Source: an uncultured Planctomycetaceae bacterium
GTDB taxonomy: Bacteria; Planctomycetota; Planctomycetia; Isosphaerales; Isosphaeraceae
Assembly (NCBI GenBank): GCA_963833985.1
Contig: CAWIAD010000001.1
Span: 3,360,001 to 3,424,000, forward strand
DNA: 64,000 nucleotides
Direction: 5' to 3'
Shown here piece by piece: positions 53,837 through 64,000 of this stretch. The translations under genes and the position numbers were made by a program. Each line of letters begins with the position of its first letter. Positions within the stretch are counted from its first letter, which is position 1. The notes below the pieces were generated by a model. That model was not told the origin of the DNA. It searched no databases and saw nothing but the letters and a program-made list of their open reading frames with translations.

Positions 53837-55190
53837 CTACTGCGCCTGCGCCAATTCGGGATGCGCCTTGAGCCGCGCGGTGTTGAGCCGATGGATGGCG
53901 AAGCATACGACGGCCGCGGCGGCGAAAGGCAGCGTCGACCACATGTAAAGCTGCTGGACCGGAAGGCCGACGAACAACGCGCCCGCGAGCGGTCCGACGA
54001 TCGAACCGATGCGTCCGAGGCCGAGCTGCCAGCCCGATCCGTTGGCGCGGAGCGACGTCGAATAGAGCATTGCGCCGACGACGTTGATGCCGATCTGGAC
54101 CCCGAGCACGATGAAGCCGGCGAAGAATGTCGCCGTCAGCAAGGCCGCTTCCGAGGTCACGCCGGCAAAGCCGATCGAGCCGACCACCGGGACCGCGAGC
54201 ACGAGGAGAAGCGAGATACCGAGGAAGCGATGCCGCTGCAGCCACCAGCAAAGACTCAATGCGCCGACAGTGCCGCCGATCTGCAGGAATGCGCGCGGCG
54301 AGCGCCGCGGTCGTCGGCGGCAGCTTGGCGGCGGTGAGCAGCGTCGGCGTCCAGCCCGACAGGAAGAAATAGCCCATCAGGTTGAGCGCGAAGAGGAGCC
54401 ACGACAGCGGGGTGATCAGCCACAGGCCGTCGCCGAACAGATAGAGCGGATTGGAGGATGGTGACTGCTTTTCGTCCTCGATGACAAAGCGGGCGTTCGC
54501 CGGCACGGCGAAACCGGGACGCAGCACGGCAATCAACCGTTCCATCCGCGGCCGCTGGCTCTCATGCAGCGCCATGTATTTGATCGATTCCGGAAGGCCG
54601 ACAATTGCGGCCAGCGCAATGACGATCGGCAGGATGCCGCCGACTTGAAAAATGATCTGCCAGCCATGGTGCGGCGCGAAAGCTGCGCTGATGAAACCGG
54701 CAAGCGCGCCGCCGAGCGGCACGCAGCCGACGGCGATGATCGGCAGCGTCGCGCGCGACTGCCGCGGCGCCGATTCCGTGCACAGCGCCACTACGTTGGG
54801 GATCACGCCGCCGATGCCCAATCCGGCGAAGAGCCGCAGCCAGAACAATTGCGTGAGGTCGGTCGAATAGGCGGCGGCGAATGTCAGCACGCCGAACAGC
54901 AGGTTGCCGCCGATCAGCGCCGGTTTGCGCCCGAAACGGTCGCCGACCCAGCCGAACAGCGCCGAGCCGAACAGCACGCCGATATTGCTGGCGCTGAGTA
55001 CCGGTCCGAGCGCACTGCGCGGAATACCCCACGAAGTGACGAGATGCGGGGCGGCAAACGCAATGGCGGCGATGTCGTAACCATCAATGATGGAGATCAG
55101 GATTGACCAGATGACGAGCCTGAGATGGAACGGGCTCAGTCCGCGCTCGTCGAGCAGACGGGAAACTTGCACCACCGCCTCGCCGGCCAT
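53837..55190 (-). CDS. MFS aromatic acid:H+ symporter (PcaK/BenK-like), frameshifted near 54290
   Basis: IDGYD, GDRFGRK, RLFAGLGIGG, LPESI, RANGSGW..G.GR.GSI.GP. Confidence 0.88.
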
Positions 55191-55322
55191 CGTTTTCCCC
55201 CCTTGCCGTCTTTAGTTGGTGCCGATGGCGGCGCCGCTTTGTCCGCACGTTAGGCCAGCTGCTTGCCGAAGAAAAGCAACAAGACAGTCAGGTGCACATG
55301 CGCTGCGGGCGGCGATGGCGCG

Positions 55323-55895
55323 CTATTCGGCGATGACCCGCCCGAGGCCGTTACGGCGAGGCGATAAGCGCGATGCACGCGCTCCCGCGTGCCGGGTTTT
55401 CATATTGGCGTACATGCGCCGCAAGCCGGTTTTGAGGGCTGCTACCTCTTCCGGCCGCACACCGGCGATGGCGGCCGCTTCATATTCAAGCGCCAACGGG
55501 ATAAGGCGTTCGACTTGCGCTTTTCCTTTGCTCGTCAGTTTGACGACGACTTCACGTGTGCTGCTGGTGGAGCGGGTTCGCGTCACGAAGCCGAGCGTTG
55601 CAAGCCGCGTTACCAGACGCGAAAGCGTCGACGCGTCGATGCTCGTCAAGCCGGCAAGATCGATCTGGCGCTGTCCGCCCTTGCTGGCCAATGCCGCCAT
55701 GACGCGCCACATGGCGATGCTCAGGCGATGTGGCGTAAGCGCTTCTGCGCCGAACTGCTCGGCAATGATGGTGCCGACCCGGTTCACGAGGTAGGGCAGG
55801 TAATTGTCGAGATCGAGCTTGGTGGAATCCTTCACGAACCTGAATATCCCTGGCGTGAACGGCCCTCGTCTAATTGAATTCCCCGTAGCGGTCAA
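55323..55895 (-). CDS. MarR family transcriptional regulator (start uncertain)
   Basis: YLPYLVNRVG, WRVMAAL, STLSRLVTRL, LTSKG. Confidence 0.88.
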   Translation of the reverse strand: MTATGNSIRRGPFTPGIFRFVKDSTKLDLDNYLPYLVNRVGTIIAEQFGAEALTPHRLSIAMWRVMAALASKGGQRQIDLAGLTSIDASTLSRLVTRLATLGFVTRTRSTSSTREVVVKLTSKGKAQVERLIPLALEYEAAAIAGVRPEEVAALKTGLRRMYANMKTRHAGARASRLSPRRNGLGRVIAE

Positions 55896-55928
55896 AATCG
55901 GCCGCGCGGCGGGATGGTCTCCGCTATT

Positions 55929-55959
55929 TATTGCATTTACAACAGATGCATTAACAACT
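55929..55959. promoter_or_regulatory. Candidate MarR operator (tandem imperfect palindromes)
   Basis: ttgcatttacaaca followed by atgcattaacaact, AT-rich, between the divergent marR and hydrolase genes. Confidence 0.4.
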
Positions 55960-56067
55960 AACCTGCCAGCTGCGCTACGCGCCAGTTCGCGCTGACGACG
56001 GGTGGTGTATCGTTGCCGGGTTCCAAGGTCCGACAGAGACCGGAACCGAACCAGGGAGGAAAGCTAT

Positions 56068-56793
56068 ATGGCGACTTACGTACTCGTTCACGGTGCTTGG
56101 CATACCGGCGCCGAACTCGAACCCACCGCAGCGCCGATCCGTGCCGCCGGTCATGAAGTGCACACCCCGACGATTGCCGGCAACAAACCGGGCGATCCGA
56201 AGACGATCGGACTTAAAGACGCGATCAAATCGATCGTCGATTACCTCGCCGAGAAAAATCTGAAGGACGTCGTTCTGGTCGGGCACAGCTATGGCGGCAT
56301 GGTCATTACCGGGGTGGCCGATCAAGCGCCCGAAAGGATTCGCCGACTGGTCTACTGGAACGCCTTCGTTCCCAACAACGGTGAAAGCCTCAACGACATG
56401 GTGCCGCCGCCCTATGTCGCGCTGTTCGACGCGGTTTCGGCCCAGCGCGGCGACAGCTCGGTAGTGCTGCCGTTTCCGATCTGGCGCGAAGCTTTCATCA
56501 ACGATGTCGATCTTGCCGCCGCGCAGAAGGCCTACGACATCCTCAATCCGCATCCGGTGAAGACGTTCTCCGACAAGATTTCGCTCAAGACCAATCCGGC
56601 GGACATGCAGATCGCCAAGTCCTACATCAACTGCACCGAAGACACCTCGTTGCCGCATCACTATCCGTGGCATCCGCGGCTGTCGCAGAAGCTCGGACTG
56701 TTCCGGCTCGTACAAACGCCCGGCAGTCACGAGCTTTGTTTCTCAAATCCCAAGCGGCTGGCGCAGGCGATCATGGAGGCCGGTCGCGACTGA
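56068..56793 (+). CDS. Alpha/beta hydrolase (salicylate esterase-like)
   Basis: VLVHGAWH, VGHSYGG, PGSHE. RBS GGAGG upstream. Confidence 0.88.
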   Translation: MATYVLVHGAWHTGAELEPTAAPIRAAGHEVHTPTIAGNKPGDPKTIGLKDAIKSIVDYLAEKNLKDVVLVGHSYGGMVITGVADQAPERIRRLVYWNAFVPNNGESLNDMVPPPYVALFDAVSAQRGDSSVVLPFPIWREAFINDVDLAAAQKAYDILNPHPVKTFSDKISLKTNPADMQIAKSYINCTEDTSLPHHYPWHPRLSQKLGLFRLVQTPGSHELCFSNPKRLAQAIMEAGRD

Positions 56794-56873
56794 TCCGGCG
56801 GTAAAAAGCAACTGAACAGGGGTGCGGCCCACAGGCCGCACCCCGCGGCAACACAGTGTCCGAGGAGAAAATC

Positions 56874-57947
56874 ATGGAATTCGGCTACTTCACGCTCAGC
56901 GACAACCACTACGCGAACAATACGCGCACTTCCAACCAGTTCGTCGCCGACATCACCGCCGAGGCGCTGCTTGCCGACAAGCTCGGGATGCATTCGGCGT
57001 GGATCGGCGAGCATCATTTCAACTCGCTCGGCGTCTTGTCGTGTCCGGATCTCGTGCTGACCTATGTCGCGGCCAACACCAAACGCATCCGGCTTGCTCC
57101 GGCGGTGACGGTACTGCCGCTGCATCATCCCATTCGCGTTGCCGAACAATGGGGCACGCTCGATCTGCTTTCTGGCGGTCGCGTCGATTTCGCCTGCGGC
57201 CGCGGCTACGACCAACGCGAATATCTGCCGTTTCACGTGTCCTTCGAGGACAATCAGGGGATTTTCGAGGAAGGCCTCGAACTCGTGCGCCGGCTTTGGC
57301 AAGCCGAGGACCGCATCTCGCACCACGGCAAACATTATTCGTTCGATGACGTGCGCATCACGCCTAAGCCGGTGCAGAAGCCGATCCCGACCTATGTCGG
57401 GTCGTTTTCAAAGCCGTCGATAGAGCTTGCGGCGCGATTGGGCTGCGGGCTGATCGTGGCGCCGTTCGCGGCGGCCATCAGCTATGGCGGGCTCAAGCAG
57501 GTCGCCGACCTTTATCACGAGACCTGCGCCAAACATGGCCAAAAGCCGGGCCGGCTGATGTGCAGCTACTTCACGCATTTCGCCGACAACAAGGCGCAGG
57601 AAGACGCGCAGCGCGCGCGGCAGATCCGCTACTATAAGGAATGCGTGATCCCGGCATTTCCCGGCGATCCGAAGACGGCGCCGCCGAGCTATCGCTATTT
57701 CGTCGGCATGGTCGAGCGGTTGCAGAAGGTCAAACCGGAGGACCTGACGGAAAACTCGGTGCTGCTCGGCTCGCCGGAGCGAATTACCGAGGTGCTGAAA
57801 AAAGTCGAGGCCGCCGGATTTGACGAAGTGATCCTCTATTTCAACGTCGGCTTGAAGCCGCACGGTCAGGTCAAGGACGAGATGGCGCGCTTCATGGCGG
57901 AGGTGGCGCCGGGCTTCGCCGGCGCGCACAAGGAACATGCGGCGTAG
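56874..57947 (+). CDS. LLM-class flavin-dependent oxidoreductase
   Basis: WIGEHHF, HPIRVAEQWGTLDLLSGGRV, GRGY, PKPVQKP. Confidence 0.92.
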   Translation: MEFGYFTLSDNHYANNTRTSNQFVADITAEALLADKLGMHSAWIGEHHFNSLGVLSCPDLVLTYVAANTKRIRLAPAVTVLPLHHPIRVAEQWGTLDLLSGGRVDFACGRGYDQREYLPFHVSFEDNQGIFEEGLELVRRLWQAEDRISHHGKHYSFDDVRITPKPVQKPIPTYVGSFSKPSIELAARLGCGLIVAPFAAAISYGGLKQVADLYHETCAKHGQKPGRLMCSYFTHFADNKAQEDAQRARQIRYYKECVIPAFPGDPKTAPPSYRYFVGMVERLQKVKPEDLTENSVLLGSPERITEVLKKVEAAGFDEVILYFNVGLKPHGQVKDEMARFMAEVAPGFAGAHKEHAA

Positions 57948-58088
57948 TAGCGGTTACGGCGCAGCCTGACAAAAGAGCGGGACGACGCCCGCGGCTGGCC
58001 GGCGTCGTTCGACTTTGCGGGTACGTCTGTCCGGGGGCGTCTATATGACTCGTTAGGCGTCCCCAATTCACGGGGACGGGCCGCGGCC

Positions 58089-58646
58089 TTATTCGAAGAA
58101 CGACCGCATCGCTGTATGCTGCCTTCTTTGCTCCGTGAACCAGTCGCCGGACGTGCCTACGACTGTCTTTCTGGAGTTATCCTTTGCGGATCTGAGCTTC
58201 TTGGTCGCTGTCGGGGTATGCTGGGTCGCAGCCGACAAGCCAGCCTTCGGCGAATTTCGAACTTCGGTCACGCCATGTACGTTCGCCGCAGCGGGCGATC
58301 TTTGATCATCCATGGTGGAAGATGAACCCGCCTCGGCATGGCTGATCACCGTGGTCGCGACGCGATGATGGCGGGCCACGTGCCTGACGTGAGCTTTTGA
58401 ACAGGCCGGATGGAGAAAGGCGAAGGCAAAGTCGTCGCAATCCGGCGTCTGCGGCAAGCTGGACTGCACCCGCGCGATCCGTCGTGCAGTATGTACCGCC
58501 AACGGCGCTTGTTGATCGGTTGACGTGGCGGCCAATACCGGTTCGCCGTCAAGCATCTGCTGACCGACTGTCACCGCGGCGATCAGCACACCGATTGCGG
58601 TGCAGGCGAGGAGTGTTCGTTTATTCAATATGCGCGCGAGGGACAT
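58089..58646 (-). CDS. Hypothetical protein with an N-terminal membrane anchor
   Basis: GGAG upstream of MSLARI, one hydrophobic segment, low-complexity remainder. Confidence 0.4.
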   Translation of the reverse strand: MSLARILNKRTLLACTAIGVLIAAVTVGQQMLDGEPVLAATSTDQQAPLAVHTARRIARVQSSLPQTPDCDDFAFAFLHPACSKAHVRHVARHHRVATTVISHAEAGSSSTMDDQRSPAAANVHGVTEVRNSPKAGLSAATQHTPTATKKLRSAKDNSRKTVVGTSGDWFTEQRRQHTAMRSFFE

Positions 58647-59121
58647 GCGGCCACACTCTCCTTGACGTCCGTCCCACAAAGGCGGAGCCAACAGCGCGCA
58701 CGCTAGGAAGATAGAAACGACCCCTCCATTGAACTAAGGTCGCCGCGCACTGTCGAAACGGATGGAGAGCCAATACGAAGGTATCGGTGCCGTTGGCGTT
58801 TACACGACCCGCTTTTCAAAACGGAATTTATGCCGAGCAAAAATAGTCCGTTATCGCGCGGCGCGATTTTCAATTAACAAACGATAGGAAAAACGCTTCC
58901 TGGCCAATCTGCTCGCCGATCGGCATCGGTCTTCGTTCGGGAAATTCCCCCCATCGGAACAGCCGCGGCGGTCATAAATCTGTGTCATTAATGCAACAGC
59001 CGGGAAGCTTTTAGAAACCGATATGAAGTCAGCCCACTTTTGAACAAAATTAACTAAAACTCTGAGACCATCGGGGAACGCCTGCCGAGCATCTGTGACT
59101 TGAGGTCTCGGGGGGCGACGG

Positions 59122-59328
59122 ATGGAGCGTCTCATGAAACACGGCTTCGCAACTCATCAGCTGCCCGATGAGTACTTTGTCCTTCAAATGGATGGACGAG
59201 TGAAATCGGGACATCGTCGCTTTGTCGACGCATTGCGAGCGGCTCTGCAACTGAGAGAACAATTTCCAAATCACGACGTCAAAGTGCGGGCTGCGCAGTC
59301 GAGCGTGGCTGCAGAAGTGATGCATTGA
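59122..59328 (+). CDS. Small hypothetical protein
   Basis: 68-aa ORF with FVLQMDGRVKS..RRFVDALRAALQLREQFP.HDVKV and globular composition. Confidence 0.55.
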   Translation: MERLMKHGFATHQLPDEYFVLQMDGRVKSGHRRFVDALRAALQLREQFPNHDVKVRAAQSSVAAEVMH

Positions 59329-59526
59329 GCCGATAGCGGCTCGGCCTGGTCAGCGAACGTTTGCGTTTCGCTGCTATCGATTCGCGCCATTGGCCGCCGC
59401 TTGCGCACTGGCGGGAGCATGGGGCGATCTCCTCCCTGCGCTCTAAGCCAATAGCCGTACCGCACGCCGTGATCGCTTGAACTTGTGTCGGTTAGGCTTG
59501 CGGGTAGGTGGCTGATAACGCCCGCG

Positions 59527-60696
59527 CTACCGGCGTCGCCGCAACCGCCCCACGATTTCCTGCGGCAGGAACGTCACGATCAGCACGAACAGAATGCCCA
59601 GCCACAGCAGCCAGCGGTCCGGGTGAAACAACGCCGACATGAGCGGCATCCCGGCGGTCGCACTGCTCACCGCGTTGAGCGCATTCTCCAAATAGTATTC
59701 AGCAAGGACGACGACGATGGAGCCGACGACGGCGCCATAGAGGGTTCCCATGCCACCGATCACGATCATCAAGAGGATGTCGATCATCAGCGAGAACGAC
59801 AGCGTGGCTTCGGGGCCGTTATAGCGCAGCACCAGCGCCATCAACCCGCCGGCCAGCGACGCCATCACGGCGGAAATGATGCAAATCCAGGTGCGATAGG
59901 CGACGACGCGGTAACCCATGGCCTCGACCCGGAACTCGTTCTCGCGGATGGCGCGAAGCACCAGGCCGAACGGCGAGTTGACGATGCGCAGCATGATCAG
60001 GAACAGCACCAGCGAAACCGCGAAGGTGATGTAGTAGGTGATGACCCGGCCGTTGATCAGCACTCCCATCACAGGATCGTGGAACAGCCGGAAGCCGGGT
60101 TTCAGTATCGCCGGCACCGCGAAGGTCAGACCATCTTCGCCCCCGGTGAGACTTCGCCATTGCTCGGCGACGATCTGGGCGAAGCTGGCGACGGCAAGCG
60201 TTATCATCGAGAAGAAAATCGTACGGAGCCGAAGGCTCAAGAGGCCGATCACCGCCGCGATCAGCATCGACACTACGGCGCCGGCCACGGCGCCGAGCAT
60301 TACGGCGCCCCAGCCGACCCAGCCTTTGGCCAGCATGATGGCGACCCCATAGGCGCCGATCCCGAAGAACATCGTATGCGCGAACGAGACGATGCCGGTG
60401 AAGCCGAGCATGAGGTCGTAGCTCGCTACCAGGATCACGAAAATGCAGATGCGCGAGGCGACGCCGAGCGCTTTGGTGCCCGGAAACAGGAACGGCGCAA
60501 ACGACAGCACCGCGAGGAGCACCAGGAGCGTCACGTTCAGAAGGGCGCGGCCCGGCGGGTCGTCCGACACAATCCAGCTCAGCCACGAAAAGCGGCGGCG
60601 AACGCCGGGGGATGCGGGAACCGTTGTGCGGGACGCCGCGCCGGCAAGCTCGCTGCCGGCGGCTGCCTCAAGCGTCTCGTTGATCTGCGCCGCCAT
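59527..60696 (-). CDS. Branched-chain amino acid ABC permease (LivM-like)
   Basis: SYDLMLGFTGIVSFAH, LTGGEDG, SPFG.VLRAIRENE, IGGMGTLYGA. Confidence 0.92.
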   Translation of the reverse strand: MAAQINETLEAAAGSELAGAASRTTVPASPGVRRRFSWLSWIVSDDPPGRALLNVTLLVLLAVLSFAPFLFPGTKALGVASRICIFVILVASYDLMLGFTGIVSFAHTMFFGIGAYGVAIMLAKGWVGWGAVMLGAVAGAVVSMLIAAVIGLLSLRLRTIFFSMITLAVASFAQIVAEQWRSLTGGEDGLTFAVPAILKPGFRLFHDPVMGVLINGRVITYYITFAVSLVLFLIMLRIVNSPFGLVLRAIRENEFRVEAMGYRVVAYRTWICIISAVMASLAGGLMALVLRYNGPEATLSFSLMIDILLMIVIGGMGTLYGAVVGSIVVVLAEYYLENALNAVSSATAGMPLMSALFHPDRWLLWLGILFVLIVTFLPQEIVGRLRRRR

Positions 60697-60703
60697 CGCC
60701 GCC

Positions 60704-61699
60704 TCAATGATGCTCGGTTATCGGAAACAGACCGCGCGGCTGCCACAGCAGGATCAGCGCCATGAGCAAAATGTTCGATCCCAATGCCATTTTTGGCGCG
60801 AGGAAGGCGACATAGTTGCTCGTCAATCCGACCAGAATGGCGCCGATGAAGCAGCCGCCAACCGAACCGAGCCCGCCGATGATGAGAATGATGAACACGA
60901 GGATGGTCATGCTGTCGCCGATCTGACTGCCGACCACGGCCTGGTATTGCGCCCACATCATGCCGCCCATGCCGGCGAGTGCCGTGCCTGCCATGAACAC
61001 GCCGACGAATACGCGCCGGATGTGATAGCCGAGCGCCTGGATCATTTCGCGATCCTCGACGCCCGCCCGCACCACCAGTCCGAGGCGAGTGCGCGTCAAG
61101 AAAAGATGCATCGCCAAGGCAACCGCCAGACCGACACACAGCGCGAACAGCCGATAGGTCTCAATCGACGACGAGCCGATGAAAATACTGCCGCGCAGCA
61201 TGACAGGCTTCGGCAGCGGCAGGGCCTGCGGCCCCCAAATCACGATGACCAGTTGCTCGATGACGGTCAGAGCGCCGATCGTGATCAGGATCTGGCGCAG
61301 CGGCGCACCGTAGACCTGTCGAATGATGACGCGCTCGAAGACAAAGCCGAGCGCGCCGCTGGCAGCGGCGGCGGCAGCCAAGGCCACCAGCAACGCGGCG
61401 AGATTGAGAGTCAGCGAAAGCTCGTTGGTCCACCCGGCGAGCGGCCGCAGCACCGTGACGGCGATGTAGGCGCCGACGGTGACGAACGCCGCGTGGGCGA
61501 AATTGAGCACATCCATCAAGCCAAAAATCAGCGTCAGGCCGGACGCCACCATGAACAACATGACACCCATCGTCAGCCCGGCGACCGTCAGCGTCACCCA
61601 GGGCCCCGGTCCAATCGCCGGCAACGCCGCAACGACAACAAGCGGCGTCAGCGCATAGGGCGCCCAACGGTTCAATTGGCCGAGCCATTGCCTGCTCAT
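60704..61699 (-). CDS. Branched-chain amino acid ABC permease (LivH-like)
   Basis: ASGLTLIFGLMDVLNFAH, TRLGLVVRA, IIGGLGS. Confidence 0.92.
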   Translation of the reverse strand: MSRQWLGQLNRWAPYALTPLVVVAALPAIGPGPWVTLTVAGLTMGVMLFMVASGLTLIFGLMDVLNFAHAAFVTVGAYIAVTVLRPLAGWTNELSLTLNLAALLVALAAAAAASGALGFVFERVIIRQVYGAPLRQILITIGALTVIEQLVIVIWGPQALPLPKPVMLRGSIFIGSSSIETYRLFALCVGLAVALAMHLFLTRTRLGLVVRAGVEDREMIQALGYHIRRVFVGVFMAGTALAGMGGMMWAQYQAVVGSQIGDSMTILVFIILIIGGLGSVGGCFIGAILVGLTSNYVAFLAPKMALGSNILLMALILLWQPRGLFPITEHH

Positions 61700-62430
61700 A
61701 GGCTGTCCGCCATGCTCAGCCCCAGCAACCGATGCTGCAATGCGTGGTTGGCGCCGAGCGCCATCATGTCGCCGGTATGAACGGTATGTCCTTCATCCAT
61801 CACCGCGACGTCGTCGCCGACGGCTTCAGCGACACGAAAATTCTGCTCGACCAGCAGGATGGTCGTGTGCTCGCGCTTGAGCCGCAGCAGCGCCTCGACC
61901 AGCTGATCGACCATCGCCGGCGACAAGCCCTTGGTAGGCTCGTCGATCAGCAGCAACCGCCGCTGTTCGACGATGGCGCGGCCGATCGCCAGCATTTGTT
62001 TCTGTCCACCCGACAGCGAGCCCGCGGGTGATTCCCATTTCATCTTCAGCGCCGGAAAGCTTTCGAGCGCGCGCTGCAAATGTTCCTCGTCGAAGCCGCG
62101 GCGCCCGGTGGCGAGCAGCATATTCTCGCGCACCGTCAACTTGCCGAAGATGCCCATATTCTCCGGCACGTAAGCGATCCCCAACCGGGCGATGTGCGGC
62201 GTGTCGAGTGCAGTGATCGGCCGGCCGTCGAAAATGATCTTGCCCAGTCGGGCCTTCCACAGGCCCATGATGGTGCGCAAAGTCGTCGTCTTGCCGGCGC
62301 CGTTGCGGCCGAGCAGCATGGTCACCCGTCCGCGCCGGGCGGCGAGAGTGACGCCATGCAGAATGCGGTAGCGGCCGATGTTGGTATAAACGCCGTCGAG
62401 CCGGAGCAAGGTGTCGTCGGCGTCAGTCAT
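61696..62430 (-). CDS. ABC ATP-binding protein (LivF-like)
   Basis: GRNGAGKTT, LSGGQKQ, LIDEP, LVEQN. Confidence 0.93.
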   Translation of the reverse strand: MTDADDTLLRLDGVYTNIGRYRILHGVTLAARRGRVTMLLGRNGAGKTTTLRTIMGLWKARLGKIIFDGRPITALDTPHIARLGIAYVPENMGIFGKLTVRENMLLATGRRGFDEEHLQRALESFPALKMKWESPAGSLSGGQKQMLAIGRAIVEQRRLLLIDEPTKGLSPAMVDQLVEALLRLKREHTTILLVEQNFRVAEAVGDDVAVMDEGHTVHTGDMMALGANHALQHRLLGLSMADSL

Positions 62431-63218
62431 GGCCGTGATCCACGCCGCATTTCGCCGGCGCCGTGAACGCCCAGATAGGCTTGCTGCACAATCGGCAGCG
62501 CCACGACCTCCGCCGGCGGGCCGTCGGCGATCAACATCCCATCCTGCAAAACGATGATGCGGTCGGCGAGGCGCGTCACCACGTCCATCCGGTGCTCGAC
62601 CAGCAGAACCGTCTTGTGGGTTTCCAATTTTATTCCTTCGATCAGGTCGAGGATCGTCGGTATCTCATCGAGGCTCATTCCGGCGGTGGGTTCGTCGAAC
62701 ATCAGGACGCGTGGCTTAAGCGCCAGCAGGATCGCCACTTCCAGCTTGCGCTGATCGCCGTGCGACAGCGCCGCCACCGTCAGATCCGCGCGCGGCGTAA
62801 GCTTGACGCGGTCCAGCCAATGCCGCGCTTCGTCGCGCACGACGGTGTTGCGCGCCGCGATGCTGAGAAAATCGAAGCGGATTTGCGCGACTGATTGCAC
62901 GGCGAGCCGCACGTTTTCGAATACCGTGAGGCTCGGATAGAGGTTGATGAGCTGGAAGGCGCGGCCGAGTCCGAGCCGGGTGCGTTGCGGCGCGCCGAGC
63001 CGGGTGATGTCCCTGCCAAACAGGCTCACGGTGCCGTCCGTCGGCCGCAATTGTCCCGAGATAAGATTGAAGTAGGTGGTCTTGCCGGCGCCGTTGGGGC
63101 CGACAATCGCCGTCAGGGTGCCCCGATGGAAGGCGCAGGTCACCGAATTTACCGCGACCTGGCCGCCGAAACTGATCGTCAGATCGCGGGTCGATAGCGC
63201 AGGCACGTCGTCGGTCAT
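62427..63218 (-). CDS. ABC ATP-binding protein (LivG-like)
   Basis: GPNGAGKTT, LSHGDQR, FDEPTAG, LVEH. Confidence 0.93.
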   Translation of the reverse strand: MTDDVPALSTRDLTISFGGQVAVNSVTCAFHRGTLTAIVGPNGAGKTTYFNLISGQLRPTDGTVSLFGRDITRLGAPQRTRLGLGRAFQLINLYPSLTVFENVRLAVQSVAQIRFDFLSIAARNTVVRDEARHWLDRVKLTPRADLTVAALSHGDQRKLEVAILLALKPRVLMFDEPTAGMSLDEIPTILDLIEGIKLETHKTVLLVEHRMDVVTRLADRIIVLQDGMLIADGPPAEVVALPIVQQAYLGVHGAGEMRRGSRP

Positions 63219-63265
63219 TCCGCGACCCTGCTCAGGAACCGGGAGCCCAACGCCCCATGCCCGTC

Positions 63266-64000
63266 CTATTGGCGCTTGTTGGCGATCGGGATATTCATCT
63301 CGTCCATGGTGATTACGTGCGTCAGTTCCGGAATCGCCCAAGGCACGTTCGGATCGACCTTGATCTTGAAGGCGTACATCGGCTGCAGGAGCTGATGATC
63401 TTCCTTGCGGAAGAGAACCGTACCCTTGGGCGAATCGAACGCCATGCCTTCCATCGCGGTAATCAGCTTCTCGGTATCGGTCGAACCGCCGGTCTTTTTC
63501 AAGGCCAGGACGACCGCCTGAGCGGCGATGAAGCCGCCGCAGGTGAAGAAATCGGGTGGCGCGCCGTTGAAACGCTTCTTGTTCTCCGCGACCAGCCAGT
63601 CGTTCACCGGATTCTTCGGGATGTCGTAATAGTAGTAGGCGGCGCCTTCCATTCCCGGGAAATCCTTGTAGGCAACCAGCGCCGGCAGGATGTTGCCGCC
63701 GGTCGATATTTCAATGCCCAACCGCTCCGGTCCCATTGCCTTGAGCGCCGCCAGCGGATTGCCGCCGGCCCAGTTGACGAAAATGATCTTGCGGCCTTGT
63801 TCTTTCGCCAACGCATCGAAGACGCGCTGAACAGGCGCGGTGAAATCCGTGGTTAGCGGCGGTGCATACTCTTCGAAAACCAATTTGGCGCCGGTGGGCG
63901 CCAGCGCCTTCTTGAAGGCGGTGACGAAGTCGCGGCCGAAGGCGTAATCCTGCGCCAGCGTCGCTACTACCGTGCCCGGCTTACCGATCGCGAGGGCGTT
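63266..64000 (-). CDS. ABC substrate-binding protein, 5'-truncated by the window edge
   Basis: LAQDYAFGRDFV, TDFTA, PPDFFT.GG, FRKEDHQLLQ. Confidence 0.88.
   Translation of the reverse strand, partial: NALAIGKPGTVVATLAQDYAFGRDFVTAFKKALAPTGAKLVFEEYAPPLTTDFTAPVQRVFDALAKEQGRKIIFVNWAGGNPLAALKAMGPERLGIEISTGGNILPALVAYKDFPGMEGAAYYYYDIPKNPVNDWLVAENKKRFNGAPPDFFTCGGFIAAQAVVLALKKTGGSTDTEKLITAMEGMAFDSPKGTVLFRKEDHQLLQPMYAFKIKVDPNVPWAIPELTHVITMDEMNIPIANKRQ

Overview
The window is a mosaic of four sequence sources, not one genome. (1) 1-~12075 is a GC-rich Planctomycetota-like segment: GxxExxY gene, tRNA-binding protein, orphan adenine methyltransferase, esterase, recN, two membrane glycosyltransferase-like genes, dnaB and a patatin-like gene. 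(2) ~12075-12979 is an intermediate-GC fragment with GT-AG splice signals, probably from an animal. (3) 12980-~17839 is an AT-rich, telomere-capped end of a spirotrich-type ciliate macronuclear nanochromosome, with (C4A4)4C4 at 12980-13015. (4) ~17840-64000 is a Hyphomicrobiales (Rhizobiales)-like alphaproteobacterial segment: hopanoid cluster, two tRNAs, catabolic and ABC-transporter genes, palindromic repeats and an ANTAR-type attenuator. The main result comes from segment 3. I translated it by hand and it is one uninterrupted minus-strand frame of about 1,600 codons encoding a coiled-coil protein. All three standard stop codons occur internally: TAA/TAG fit Gln, and 32 internal TGA codons fit Arg much better than Trp or Cys. 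The frame ends at TAA-TGA only 12 nt from the telomere. This suggests a UAR=Gln, UGA=Arg/stop nuclear code that I am not aware of having been described. It is inferred from one gene and needs homolog alignment to confirm. Many bacterial genes carry single-base frameshifts that look like long-read sequencing errors. Taxonomic calls rest on composition and gene content only.
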